Assembly (NCBI GenBank): GCA_965603825.1
Contig: CBFDEM010000043.1
Coordinates: 372,001 to 436,000 of the forward strand
Direction: 5' to 3'
DNA from: Blepharisma stoltei ATCC 30299
Taxonomy: Eukaryota > Protista > Ciliophora
Length of the DNA: 64,000 bases
Within the stretch, counting starts at the first letter, position 1. Every line of letters starts with the position of its first letter. Under the pieces are notes generated by a model. The model was not told the DNA's origin. It was given only the letters and a program-made list of their open reading frames with translations, and ran no database searches. The translations under genes were made by a program, and so were the position numbers. Below are positions 24,608-35,391 of the stretch, piece by piece.

Positions 24608-25261
24608 ATGAAGCGGGGAATTCCAGCTCTCGACGTTTTAGTTTGCAATTTATGCTACAATGATTTATATGCTACGATTTACCAATGCAAAAAAGGGCAT
24701 TCTTACTGTGAAGCTTGCTATAATGATAATTTAGATTGCAATATTTGTAGGACTGCAATTTTGCCTTTTAGAAATAGGGTTGCTGAAGAAATCACGACTG
24801 AAATTGATATCCCTTGCAAATGGAAACAATGCAAGGAGGCTTGGCCCTTCAAAGATTTAGCAAATCATGAAAGAAACTGCAAATATAAAGCAATTCAATG
24901 CAGTCTGTGCAATGGTTTCGTTACTTTTATGCCTGATAAAATTGTAAAGCATGCAGAATCAGCCCATAATATCGCCTTCAAACCTAAAAAGCAGCCTTTC
25001 TCAATTGATAAGAGTGACCCTGATATAAAAACAAAACAAAAAGGAATAAAGATAAACAATATCTTTATAATACTAAAATTGCATAAGTCCAGTGATGGCA
25101 ACACTTATGTCACTTTCCAAACTTTAGATTACCGGCAGCAATTGATTTTTGTTAGTGCTCAAAGATTTAATCAATCAATAGCAGTATCTGGAGGAGAATC
25201 GCATCTAATTTTTAAGACAAATAGCAAAGGACCTATTAGAGTAATGGTAAGAATACAATAA
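24608..25261 (+). CDS. SINA/SIAH-like RING and TRAF-type zinc finger E3 ligase
   Basis: CNLC..IYQCKKGHSYCEAC..CNICR, RNRVAE and IPCKW..C..HERNC. Confidence 0.8.
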   Translation: MKRGIPALDVLVCNLCYNDLYATIYQCKKGHSYCEACYNDNLDCNICRTAILPFRNRVAEEITTEIDIPCKWKQCKEAWPFKDLANHERNCKYKAIQCSLCNGFVTFMPDKIVKHAESAHNIAFKPKKQPFSIDKSDPDIKTKQKGIKINNIFIILKLHKSSDGNTYVTFQTLDYRQQLIFVSAQRFNQSIAVSGGESHLIFKTNSKGPIRVMVRIQ

Positions 25262-25280
25262 TTGTAATTGATAATATAAA

Positions 25281-25760
25281 ATGCAAGATTATGGTTCAGT
25301 TAATTTAAGAGAGTGTATCGAAATGTGTGTAGATACTTGATTTGAAGACAACAGAGAAGAGGCAGAAAAAGGTCACACTGAAGCTATGCTTATTTACTCT
25401 CAATTGCTCTTTCATGGGAGTAGAAGTCGAGAGCCAGATATCCGCCAAGCAATATTTTGGCTAAGAAAGGCTTGCAAAAGCAGTCCAGAGGCCGCTTTTA
25501 GGTTAGGAAAGTTATATCAAAAAGGCAAATACATAGAACAAGACCTGGAGAAGGCTTATTTTTATTATAAGCTGACGACTGTGTTCAGATGCAAATGCGG
25601 AAATCAAAAAGAAGCATATCATACAAATCAAATAAGTAACGTCCACCCATGCTACCCGAATGAAGCTACAGACGCAATCAATAGTCTCCCGCTCACGAAT
25701 TCAGCTAAAAAGAAATGTGAAGCTAATTTTAATGCTTGGAGATCGTCGAGTTTAAAATAG
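25281..25760 (+). CDS. Sel1-like repeat protein
   Basis: ATG 25281 in frame through TGA(Trp) 25338; AEKGHTEAM, AIFWLRKA and AAFRLGKLYQKGKYIEQDLEKAYFYY. Confidence 0.8.
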
Positions 25761-25909
25761 TATTTAATGTTTTTATATTTATTTTATCTGACAAATAAAA
25801 AGATTTCAAGATAATTTTCGCTAAAAATAAATTTAAAAATTCTCTCTTTAGCTTTTAATTTCTCCCAAAAAGGGAAACATAAATAATTCATACCATTTAT
25901 ATTCCAGAG

Positions 25910-26209
25910 ATGGAAATTTCAGGGTTCAAGGCCTATATTTTGATTCTTTCTGCATGTGGATCAGTTTATCTTGTAAAGTTTACTTAGCTAGGCTTAGGAA
26001 TTGCTCTTTGCACTGATTATGAATATGTGGAAATCAAAAACAAATTTAAAGGAGGGATCGCCTGCATTATAGCGTCTCTGGTATATGGAAGTGTTGTTGC
26101 TTTTTGGGCTGTACAGAAATATAAGAGCAGAAGGAGAAAACCAAAAAGAAACTATAGAGTAAACACAGAAGCTGAAGGAATACAACTTTTACCTCTACGA
26201 TCTAATTAA
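25910..26209 (+). CDS. Small two-TM protein, RNase kappa / V-ATPase V0 subunit f-like; one 15-nt intron
   Basis: After removing intron 25973-25987: ILILSACGSVYLLGLGI...ACIIASLVY..FWAVQ, matching the RNASEK pattern LSAWG..L..LGI...CFIAA..Y. Confidence 0.6.
25973..25987 (+). other. 15-nt spliceosomal intron
   Basis: GTAAAGTTTACTTAG, phase 0, A at position 10; interrupts a TM helix. Confidence 0.82.
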
Positions 26210-26591
26210 TGTTAGCTATTTATTGTTTATATTGATCTCTGAAACTTTATATCACTGCTTCACATTTGTACATTATATTTTTGAGTTTAATATAAAGAAA
26301 CATTAAATCTAGGGATTTTATGCTAAGTTTACAATAATATTATTTAGGCAAAGTGAAACTCAAAGTTTGAGTGTGGAGTTGTAATCGATTATTCTAAATC
26401 TATTATCTGTTAATCATACTTGAAAATTTCTTAATAACTGATTAATTATCATTCACATTTTATATTGATTTACTGTTATCAAAATAATTATTTGAAGCCT
26501 CGCCTAGCTTCTTGATAATTTCTCATGAAATTAATTGATTTTGTTTACTCATTATTTTAATCAAAAATTTGCTTCATGAAAATTTATAGTA

Positions 26592-27338
26592 ATGAAAAGT
26601 TTCACACCTGTCCCGATGATTCCTATATCAGGGTTTAAATACCAAAAACAAACTCTCCTCTCTCGATTTCCAAGGCTTCGTAAAACAAAATACGAATCAG
26701 AGAAGAAAAGCTCATTGTCAAATTCGACTGTTTTAAATGTCCTTCGAAAATGCATATATCGAACAATTTTTAGAAAGTTTCGGCTACTAATAAAAAGCTT
26801 TTGCACTACAATGAACTCATTTTTGCTTCAGTACATAAGTCCTAGGCTTTCTAAGTTGGTTAGAGGTCGAACAAATAATGTGGAAGTTATGTTCAGGCTA
26901 TCTGGCAAGACATGGCCTCCTATGATTGTGTATAGTGCTAAAATCACCAATATCAAACTTATTGGATTTGATCCTGAAGAAAGCGAAACGAAAAGAAATT
27001 CTTGGAGAATGCTATTTACAGACGCACCTTTAAATGAGGAAACTATAGAAACGCCCTCAAGTAGATATGGCAGGTATTCTCCAGCTTTGGTGCATCCATC
27101 ACTTCCGTATCATCACCGAGGAATCAGAGGGCGCAAAAGTGATAGAAGATCAGGAGATTTAGAAGCTTCATATCATTTAAATAAGCCAAGTCTCATAAAA
27201 GATCATAGCTTTTCGAAACCCTTCCCGGCCTTCAAAAGAAGTGCATCTTCCCAAAAATCCCTCTACAGAAAAAACTGGGAAAAAATCGGAACAATAAAAA
27301 TTCAATGACAAAATTTAAATAAAAGCAATATACATTAG
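26592..27338 (+). CDS. C11orf65/MFI-like protein
   Basis: VMFRLSGKTWPPMIVY resembles the C11orf65 FRLGG..FPP.IYY motif. With TGA 27306 read as Trp the gene ends at TAG 27336-27338. Confidence 0.55.
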
Positions 27339-27470
27339 TTTTCCATTTAAGCCATTTTTTCACCTTAACTGTAATAAACTTATCCATATCTTATGAATGC
27401 TGAGTCTTTTAGGTGAATTTTTATTAAACAATCTAATATTTACATAAATTAAAGTACTGTATATAAATAG

Positions 27471-27923
27471 ATGGAAAACCAAAGCTGTTTTGATGACTTA
27501 GATTTTGAAGCCCAAGGAAAAGAATTTACTCAACATGAGCGATTTGGGTCGTTTGTAAACCTCCTCTGCGACCCAGATCTCTTTTTAGAAACTCCAATTC
27601 CTTCAGATGTTTTAAAATTGGATCCAGAAGATATCCCGATATTTGACCCACCAAAAATTATAAAAAACGACAAAGAGCCTGTTGAAGAGCCAGTAAAGCC
27701 TGCTGTTATTCAACCTAAAAGTGAGCCAGAAAAGCTCTCATTTGAAGAACGGAAGAAAAAAGTGGAGAAGTACTTGGAAAAAAGGAGAAAACGTCCTTGG
27801 CATAAAAAATTCGACTATAATGGAAGAAGAAGGGTAGCGAAGCAGAGGCTAAGAATAAAAGGTAGGTTTATTTCAAAGGAGCAAGCACAATCACTAGGAC
27901 TGGATAAGAGTCAAACTTTTTAA
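27471..27923 (+). CDS. CCT-domain protein
   Basis: ERKKKVEKYLEKRRKRPWHKKFDYNGRRRVAKQRLRIKGRF. Confidence 0.85.
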   Translation: MENQSCFDDLDFEAQGKEFTQHERFGSFVNLLCDPDLFLETPIPSDVLKLDPEDIPIFDPPKIIKNDKEPVEEPVKPAVIQPKSEPEKLSFEERKKKVEKYLEKRRKRPWHKKFDYNGRRRVAKQRLRIKGRFISKEQAQSLGLDKSQTF

Positions 27924-28038
27924 CTACACATAAAGTGAATTGACACAATGTATATATGCAACAATTTATTCAGTAAAAGTAATATTCACTACCGATTAAT
28001 TTGGCTTTAAAATTCCTCATAAATTCTCTTGTCTATAA

Positions 28039-29277
28039 ATGTCGAAATTCTTGTCATTTTTGCAAAAAATCCCCAACATTATCGATCAAGTCAACAAGCC
28101 AAAAGCTGATCAAGATTTAGTTCCAGTGTTTTCGTCTCAAGAAAGTATTTGTTAAGCAGATCTTCCTCCTGAAACGTTTTTTATTACTCCAAGAATTGCA
28201 ATAATTCCATATCCAACTCAAGATTATAGCAGTATCTTGGCCGGATATTTTAACACTCATTATGGGCGTAAGTATATGGTCTGGAATCTCAGCGAGCATC
28301 AGTATGAAACAGATATATTTGGCGGACAAGTTTTGGACTTTATATATGTTGGCTATCCAAATCCTCCTCTTGAAGTTATTTTCTCTATTTGCAATTCAAT
28401 CAAAGCGTGGCTTGATACTGATGCAGAAAATATCGCTCTGATCCATTGCCAGGCAACTAAAGCCAGAAGCTTTATGATCCTTGCCTGCTATCTTGCCTGG
28501 AGCAGCTTTGACTACCAAAATCCAGAACAAGCGTTAGCTCATATATGCGAATTCACGAAAACTGAAAGAATTAACTTGCTTTTTCCAACACAAAGCCGAT
28601 ATTTATGATATTTTGATAGAATTCTGCAAGGCGAAAGAGTAATTAATAAGTAGCCAATCACCCATAAGGTTAAGCTGCAAAGACTGATTATGAATGGAAT
28701 TCCAATAATAGAGAAGCAAGGGTCTTGTGTGCGGCCTTATATCCAAATCTTTAAAGGCTCTAACATGATCTACTCAAGCATTAAGAAAGATGCCCCACCT
28801 CTATCATTTTTTGAGTCAGACATGTCAATTTCTTTTGATATTGATTTAGAAGCAGAAGGCGATATTTTAATCAGATGTCGGCACCAAACAAAAGACAATA
28901 AAAGAATCACTATCTTTAGAGTCATGTTTCACACTGCCTTTGTAAGCGACATTCATATACGTTTTGCGAAGTCTGACTTGGATTTTGCAAATACTCATGA
29001 AGGGTTTGGAGACGATTTCATGCTTGATTTGTTTATCAGCGGCAGTGAGCCTGTAGAAGTTGAGCAGTCGCAGCAGCTGTGGAGATATATTGAGAAAAGA
29101 AAGAAGCACAGGAGAAATTCGGAGAGGAAGGTAGATACGGAAGAGGAAGAAGAAAAAGTTGACCATGAGCTCATAGAGAAGTTCAAGGATAAGATTGAGG
29201 ATAGCGGGGAAGAAGAGGGAGAGGAAGAAGACGATCTTGATGCATATTTCCAAAGTTTGGAGTCAAAAGGGAAATAA
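28039..29277 (+). CDS. PTEN/tensin-type phosphatase-C2 domain protein, two 15-nt introns
   Basis: ATG 28039, introns 28145-28159 and 28639-28653, TGA(Trp) 28606. FITPRIAIIPYP, YMVWNLSE, IHCQATKARS, PTQSRY, C2 domain GDILIRC..FRVMFHTAF, acidic tail. Confidence 0.88.
28145..28159 (+). other. 15-nt spliceosomal intron
   Basis: GTATTTGTTAAGCAG, phase 1, contains an in-frame TAA, A at position 10. Confidence 0.85.
28639..28653 (+). other. 15-nt spliceosomal intron
   Basis: GTAATTAATAAGTAG, phase 0, between the phosphatase and C2 domains. Confidence 0.88.
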
Positions 29278-29491
29278 AGATACATTGCCTAAAATTATTT
29301 TATAATTTGAGTGATAAAAGCATAATTCCGAAATTGAATGAGATTTTAGTAAAAAATATTAATTTGTTTAATATTCCAATTGTGAAACGATTTTAAGCGC
29401 ATAGACTGATTTAGAATAAATTAATGTAACAAATATTAATAGTCAGTGAGAAAGAACGCAGTTAATTATTTAAATTTAAAATAACCTGATT

Positions 29492-30106
29492 TTACTCTTT
29501 CTTATCTGGGAAAGATACATTATTCTTTTCATTTTCCAAGCCTCTTAGTGCTTCAGCTTGAATTTTCGACACAAACCTGCCTCTAATCCTTATTCTGTCA
29601 TCGGCAACCCTTTTTCTGCACTCGTAGGAGATCTTTTTACTGAAATTTCTTTTTTTCCTCTTCTCCCAAAACTTTTGGAGTTTTAGGTGTCTTTCTTCAA
29701 GCGTCAGCGTCCCAATTTTAGCAGTGTTTGAATACATGATTTGAGGCTTAGGCAAGAGCTGGTTTTCGTATTTTGTGCTCTCAGGTTTTTCTTTTGTTGA
29801 ATTATCTGAATTCACTATTGGAAAAAACTCAAAAGGCTGTGTTATGAATCGCTGGATGTCTTGAGCGTCTGGGGGGAACAGAGTAGGATCAAATGAAAAA
29901 AATACACTTGGATCGAACGGTTCTAGATCTGGACGTGGGGGAAACATTGCTTCCAGCATGTCTTCTCTTTTAGGGAACTCGCCATTGTCTGTCTCAAAAG
30001 GAATGTTTGCCATAAAAAACTGCTGGAGATCTGGAAGGAACGGCTGACCATTTCCATCTGGATCGTTCAGATCTCTGTCGTTTAGGAATATATTTGGGTC
30101 AAACAT
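29492..30106 (-). CDS. CCT-domain protein
   Basis: IGTLTLEERHLKLQKFWEKRKKRNFSKKISYECRKRVADDRIRIRGRFV; first ATG at 30106. Confidence 0.87.
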   Translation of the reverse strand: MFDPNIFLNDRDLNDPDGNGQPFLPDLQQFFMANIPFETDNGEFPKREDMLEAMFPPRPDLEPFDPSVFFSFDPTLFPPDAQDIQRFITQPFEFFPIVNSDNSTKEKPESTKYENQLLPKPQIMYSNTAKIGTLTLEERHLKLQKFWEKRKKRNFSKKISYECRKRVADDRIRIRGRFVSKIQAEALRGLENEKNNVSFPDKKE

Positions 30107-30508
30107 TTCCAATTTAATAGGATTATTATAATCAGAATCTGACTGTTTAATAAGAAATTCCGGATTTCATTTAACTGATTTTATTTAATTTTAAAAGTTG
30201 AAAAAGACTAAAAAATAAAATCATACTTAATTATATCTATACATTGCTTAATAATTTGAATGCAAATTTTAGTAATAAAGCACACACATTTACATGATGC
30301 CGATGAGTTTTGTAACAAAGCAGATATAAATAAAGAAAAATGAGATTCAAGCCTATTTATCTCAATTAATTAGAATGCAAATATTTTTTTACTTTAGTAA
30401 GGGGTTATTGTCTTTTTAAGTTCTTCTATTATATTAAATATAAAAAATTTTACTGTCAATAATTAAATGCTTTTCCTCTTAATTTTAATTTTTAAATAAT
30501 TATTATAA

Positions 30509-31345
30509 ATGCTACACGTAATCCTTCTTTTTATTTTAAAAGTTTCAGCTGATACAAGTCTTAAGTCAGAAACAACATTAGAAGGACAGCAATATTGCTC
30601 ATATCGTCCTAGGGCAGAAATTTTTGGACTTCTAAATGCAGAAAAAATAGAGCTTGAAAAAGGCAATGAATGTGTAAGCTGTGGATATCAGCAAGAATGC
30701 CAGAAATTAAAAGAAAAGTTAACAACTTTCCCATCCCCTGAAGATGCCTTAATTGGTAGAGACCGTGCTGTATCAATTTCTGACACTCATTACGTATTAG
30801 GAACAAAATTACTTGGCCCATTTCCTCCTGAAATGGAAGTAGCAATGTTCGGTTTAGGGTGCTTTTGGGGAGCTGAAAGGCTTTTTTGGAAACAGCCAGG
30901 TGTTTATTCAACACAGGCTGGATATGCAGGCGGATACACTCCAAATCCTAAATACGAAGAAGTTTGCTCAGGATATACTGGGCACAATGAAGTAGTTAGG
31001 GTTGTCTATGATCCAAGGCAAATTTCATATAAAACGCTACTTAAGCTTTTTTGGGAAAGCCATGACCCAACACAAGGAATGAGGCAAGGACTAGATCAAG
31101 GCACACAATATAGATCTATGATAATGGTTTACACACCTGAGCAAAGAGAAGTTGCAATGGAAAGCAGAAACATTTATCAAAGAGAATTGTTTAAGGCATC
31201 TCTTGGAACAATAACTACAGAAATTCGTCCTGTATCCGAGTTTTATTTAGCCGAGGAGTACCACCAACAATATCTAGCAAAAAATCCAGGTGGCTATTGT
31301 GGGCTTGGAGGAGTTGGAGTAAAAATGCCAAAGTCATTTGAGTAA
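30509..31345 (+). CDS. MSRA: Peptide methionine sulfoxide reductase A with N-terminal hydrophobic leader
   Basis: [45 protein letters not shown] and AEEYHQQYL. Confidence 0.95.
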   Translation: MLHVILLFILKVSADTSLKSETTLEGQQYCSYRPRAEIFGLLNAEKIELEKGNECVSCGYQQECQKLKEKLTTFPSPEDALIGRDRAVSISDTHYVLGTKLLGPFPPEMEVAMFGLGCFWGAERLFWKQPGVYSTQAGYAGGYTPNPKYEEVCSGYTGHNEVVRVVYDPRQISYKTLLKLFWESHDPTQGMRQGLDQGTQYRSMIMVYTPEQREVAMESRNIYQRELFKASLGTITTEIRPVSEFYLAEEYHQQYLAKNPGGYCGLGGVGVKMPKSFE

Positions 31346-31387
31346 TATAAATATTTGCTGAAATTAATATTTTCTAATTTTATTATA

Positions 31388-31966
31388 ATGGATGAAAAGG
31401 TGCATTTTATCAAGCAAGGACTACCCAGCGAAATTGTTGATTTTTCTTTAAGATGCAGAAGACAAGCTTTGCTGCTTATAATTTTTTCTGTTATTTGCTT
31501 GATAATTACAATAGCAAATTTAATTACGATATCATTTCATACTTTGTATTCAGGGATTATTGAATTATTTACATGTCTTATTGGGGTTGCAGTTGGAATA
31601 TTAGGACTTCGCGCAGCTCAATTTCAAAAGCTTTCTATTGTCAGAAGATATAAGTACTGCATAATTATTTATGCAATTTATTTTGTATTGAGTACAGTTG
31701 CTACAGGTCTCATTGAGTTCATATCATACTTGATGTCTTCAAAAGGTGCTGCTGAAGCTAGTATTATAGGGATAACTTTAAGTATCATTGTTTTGATATC
31801 ATTACCAGTATGTTGGTGATGTTCAGTGAGCGCTATTATTTATGCAAGGAATTTAGAAAACTATGAAAGAAATCCTTATGACACTGGCGAGGTAATTGAA
31901 AAAGTATCAACAGATATTGGTGGGTCAAGCTTGAATCCTATAAGAGGATCGATGATAAACATATAA
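31388..31966 (+). CDS. Four-TM membrane protein
   Basis: ATG 31388, four hydrophobic segments, TGA(Trp) at 31817, TAA at 31964-31966. Confidence 0.7.
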
Positions 31967-32145
31967 TTAACTGTAATATTGATTAATGCAATTTATTAAG
32001 ATATTGAGTTGCTTTACATCATTAATTAAGCTCAGGTTTGAGTTCTATTGATAAGAGCAGAAAATATTGCTCTCTTTGTACTTAGCAAGCTAATTTGTGC
32101 TCTTTCCTACTTAAATTTATGATAGCAAAATTAATATATATTTAA

Positions 32146-35100
32146 ATGGAAGAGGAAGAAGAAATAAAAACCAAAACTGAAAGCGAAGACGCCACAGGTA
32201 TAAAGTTAAGACCGCTAACTAAATACGAAGAAGATATGATGCTAAGAGCTAGAATCAAACACAAACAAAATATCACCCACGAACAAAAATGCTGGGGCAA
32301 AACGTTTCAAGGATCCGCTTTCATTCCAAAGCCAGAAAAAATCCTTTTCGAAGATTTTGAAGTTGGCCAAACCTATACTCAAACAGTCATACTCACAAAT
32401 GTTTCTTTTACATTCAACTCTTTTAAACTTCTGCCTTTAGACCCAGAAATCAAAGACTTTTTCAATATAGTTTTTACTCCTCCAGGCCGAATGTCAGCTG
32501 GGTTGACATGTCCTATTCAAATAACCTTCACCCCACAGATAAACTCAGACATAATTTCAGTTTTCCCAATCTTAAGTGAAACTGGCAGAATTGACATCCC
32601 TTTAGAATGTTTAAGCAAGAAAAGTGTAATTTCAGTCCAAAGCAATATTATTGATTTCGGTCAAGTCATTCTAGGTGAGCACTGCAATAGAACACTTGTA
32701 ATAAAAAACGAAGGTGCGTTGGGTAGTGAATTTTCATTATTAGATAAAGATGGAGAAGCCATTCCTGTAGTTGCTGATCAAACAATGCTAGTAACTCAAG
32801 AATCTTCTATTTCACAAAGCCAAATTCTTGAAAGCTCGCCAACTTACGAAGAAGTCAATCCAGAAAGCTTATTTTCTATGCTAAAATTCCCGAGATCTGG
32901 GAAAGTTGATGGATACTCCACAACGACGATTCCATTTAAATTTTCACCTGCAGACATAGGAGTTTATGAAGATACCATTATGATTGTATTCAAAAACAAA
33001 AAAACAAGTCCAATCATATTGACTGTGAGAGGAGAATGCATTGACGTCCCTATTTATGTAGAGCAAGAAGTATATGATTTCAAAGTTTGTGTATTAAATC
33101 ATACGTATCGTGAAAAAATTGTTCTTAGGAACAGAAGTGTGAATCCTATGAAAATTCAATTGACATTTCCAAAAGACGCTAAAGAGCATTTTGAATTTAG
33201 CCCTACCTTAGGATATATACAAGGATCAGATAAATTTGATATATGGGTTAAATTTAGACCTGATAATAATGCATATACAATGCTAGCTGCTTTTCAAGAA
33301 GCTCCTAATGCTTTTAATATCCCCATCAAAGTTACAGGAGCCAACCAAGTAATGCCAGTACCTTTTTCAATTCATGTAGAACTAACAAGTGATCTCATTA
33401 CAGTTGAGCCACCTTTATTGGATTTCGGTGATGTCTATGTACAAACTGCAGTAAGTATGAAATTTATTATGAAAAGCCACAGCGCGTTACCTCAAGAGTA
33501 TGCATTCGTTCGCTTGCCACAAACAATCTCAATACAGCCTTTTGATGGGTTTGGAACTTTACTTCCATTTGAAGAGCTCCAAATGACTGCCATTTATAGG
33601 CCAGCTCCTGTAAAAGCTGGGACTGAGCTTGGAAAAGATGCAAATGACTTCTACATAAGAGCTAAAACAGGCGACTTAACAGCAAGAGAGTTCAAAGTCT
33701 CATACTCCGCTAAACTTCAGTCCTGCCCAATTGCATTTTCTGCTTACAAAATTGATTTCCCAGGCCTCCCAGTAGGAGAGATGTCAGAATATATGATTTC
33801 TGTTACTAATTCATCCAGAAAACTACCATATGCAATTGAAATTATCCCTCCTCCAATAGATGTTGCTGGCCTGAAAATCACTCCTACTGTGATTCCAAGG
33901 CTTGCAACTGGGGATATGGGCAGAATTCTTATTAGATTTGATTCAGATTTTAGAGACCTTCAAAAGCGGGAAGATGCAGAAGAGTGGAATTTGGAAAAAG
34001 AGCTGTATAATATAGGAGGAAAAGTCTATGATTTTTATGTGGATGAGCCTGCTAAAAGAAGCCAGCATTATGAGTGGCTCATTCCTGTATATTTTAGGCC
34101 ACTTCTTCCTGATGGAGTGACTCGGCTGCATTATTTGCAGATGAAGACTGTTGTAATAAACAAAACACTGATCGCAGACCCAGAAGTGTTAGATTTTGGA
34201 GAAATTGCTGTTTCTTGCAGAAAAGTGGCAGAGTTTACGCTGCTTAATCAAGATACGCAGCCAGTCTCTTTATCAATGGATCCGCTTCCTCCATTTGGAG
34301 GGTTTACAGTCTTAAATGCTATGAGAGTAGTAGAGTCTGGCCAAAAGAAAGCAATAGTAGTTGAATTCGAGCCAATCAACCAGCAATATTTTGAGGAAAA
34401 ATTGACAATCAGGACTGGAAACTCTGCAGTCTCTATAGTGCTTAAAGGCAGAGGTGTCAGGCCAGAGCTCAAGCTCGACCCAGAAGATGGTTTGCTCAAT
34501 ATGGGAAATGCAATACCTGGTGATTTTGTCGAAAAAGCTTTTACTCTAAAAAATATCGTATCATTCCCATTTGAATTCATGCTCAAGAAGAGAATGGTTG
34601 GCGTACAAAATTATAACAGCTTAGTTAATTTTACGTTTATTCCACAGTATGGGAGAATAGAGCCAGGAAGCAGTTTGCAGGTCAAAGTTAAATTTAACCC
34701 TGACCACTCTTCAGAAAGGTATTATGAACATATCCTTATTGATGTTCCAAATCAAATTGATCCAAAAGAAATTTATTTGGCTGGAAGTTGTTGGAGGAGA
34801 TCTATGTATGTCAAGTACGATAAGCCATTTAGATGGCCTTCGTCCCAAGAATTAATAGAAGAGGAAAAAGAAGGCGCTTTAAACTTTTTGCAAAAATCAG
34901 CTGATAAGCCGCCAAGATTTGTCTTGACCTTTGTTAAAGATGCTCCTGGTCTTAGTCAAGAACTGCAGGAGCAAACCAGGCAAAGAAAAATAGTAGTTGG
35001 AAACTGCAAACTAAATAACTCAAAAAATGATAAGGCAGGGTCGTTTGAAATACTTATGCCAAAAGTGGATAATAATCTGTTTACATGTGATGTGGTAAAA

Positions 35101-35316
35101 GGAAATACTCCACCTGGCGCCGAACAAAAAATCACCTTTACTTTTAATCCGCCACCTCCCGATCCATTACTTAACGAGTTAGTAGTTCTAAGGGGAATTG
35201 GCCAATGGGTCGAAATCTTAGTAGAAGGTAGGATTTTAGGAGGATTCCTCCCGCCAGGCATTCCAGAAAGCAGTCCTTTTGAAGTGCTATTAAGAGGCTA
35301 CGTTCAGCAAATTTAA
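32146..35316 (+). CDS. CFAP74: Cilia central-pair protein CFAP74-like (tandem ASH/Ig-like domains)
   Basis: WGKTFQGSAFIPKP..ILFEDFEVGQTY..LTNVS and PPGRMSAGLTC; repeated (I/L)DFG..N ASH modules. Confidence 0.78.
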   Translation: MEEEEEIKTKTESEDATGIKLRPLTKYEEDMMLRARIKHKQNITHEQKCWGKTFQGSAFIPKPEKILFEDFEVGQTYTQTVILTNVSFTFNSFKLLPLDPEIKDFFNIVFTPPGRMSAGLTCPIQITFTPQINSDIISVFPILSETGRIDIPLECLSKKSVISVQSNIIDFGQVILGEHCNRTLVIKNEGALGSEFSLLDKDGEAIPVVADQTMLVTQESSISQSQILESSPTYEEVNPESLFSMLKFPRSGKVDGYSTTTIPFKFSPADIGVYEDTIMIVFKNKKTSPIILTVRGECIDVPIYVEQEVYDFKVCVLNHTYREKIVLRNRSVNPMKIQLTFPKDAKEHFEFSPTLGYIQGSDKFDIWVKFRPDNNAYTMLAAFQEAPNAFNIPIKVTGANQVMPVPFSIHVELTSDLITVEPPLLDFGDVYVQTAVSMKFIMKSHSALPQEYAFVRLPQTISIQPFDGFGTLLPFEELQMTAIYRPAPVKAGTELGKDANDFYIRAKTGDLTAREFKVSYSAKLQSCPIAFSAYKIDFPGLPVGEMSEYMISVTNSSRKLPYAIEIIPPPIDVAGLKITPTVIPRLATGDMGRILIRFDSDFRDLQKREDAEEWNLEKELYNIGGKVYDFYVDEPAKRSQHYEWLIPVYFRPLLPDGVTRLHYLQMKTVVINKTLIADPEVLDFGEIAVSCRKVAEFTLLNQDTQPVSLSMDPLPPFGGFTVLNAMRVVESGQKKAIVVEFEPINQQYFEEKLTIRTGNSAVSIVLKGRGVRPELKLDPEDGLLNMGNAIPGDFVEKAFTLKNIVSFPFEFMLKKRMVGVQNYNSLVNFTFIPQYGRIEPGSSLQVKVKFNPDHSSERYYEHILIDVPNQIDPKEIYLAGSCWRRSMYVKYDKPFRWPSSQELIEEEKEGALNFLQKSADKPPRFVLTFVKDAPGLSQELQEQTRQRKIVVGNCKLNNSKNDKAGSFEILMPKVDNNLFTCDVVKGNTPPGAEQKITFTFNPPPPDPLLNELVVLRGIGQWVEILVEGRILGGFLPPGIPESSPFEVLLRGYVQQI

Positions 35317-35391
35317 CCTTAATTCTCTTATTTTGTCTTTATTTTTCTAAACTTTAAGTAAAATCAATCTGCAAACTTAAATAAATCCAAA

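Noticed and set aside
3499-28653. TAA/TAG reassigned to Gln as in Paramecium and Tetrahymena
   Set aside because: Every internal TAA/TAG I found lies within a 15-nt GT-AG intron, and genes end on TAA/TAG.
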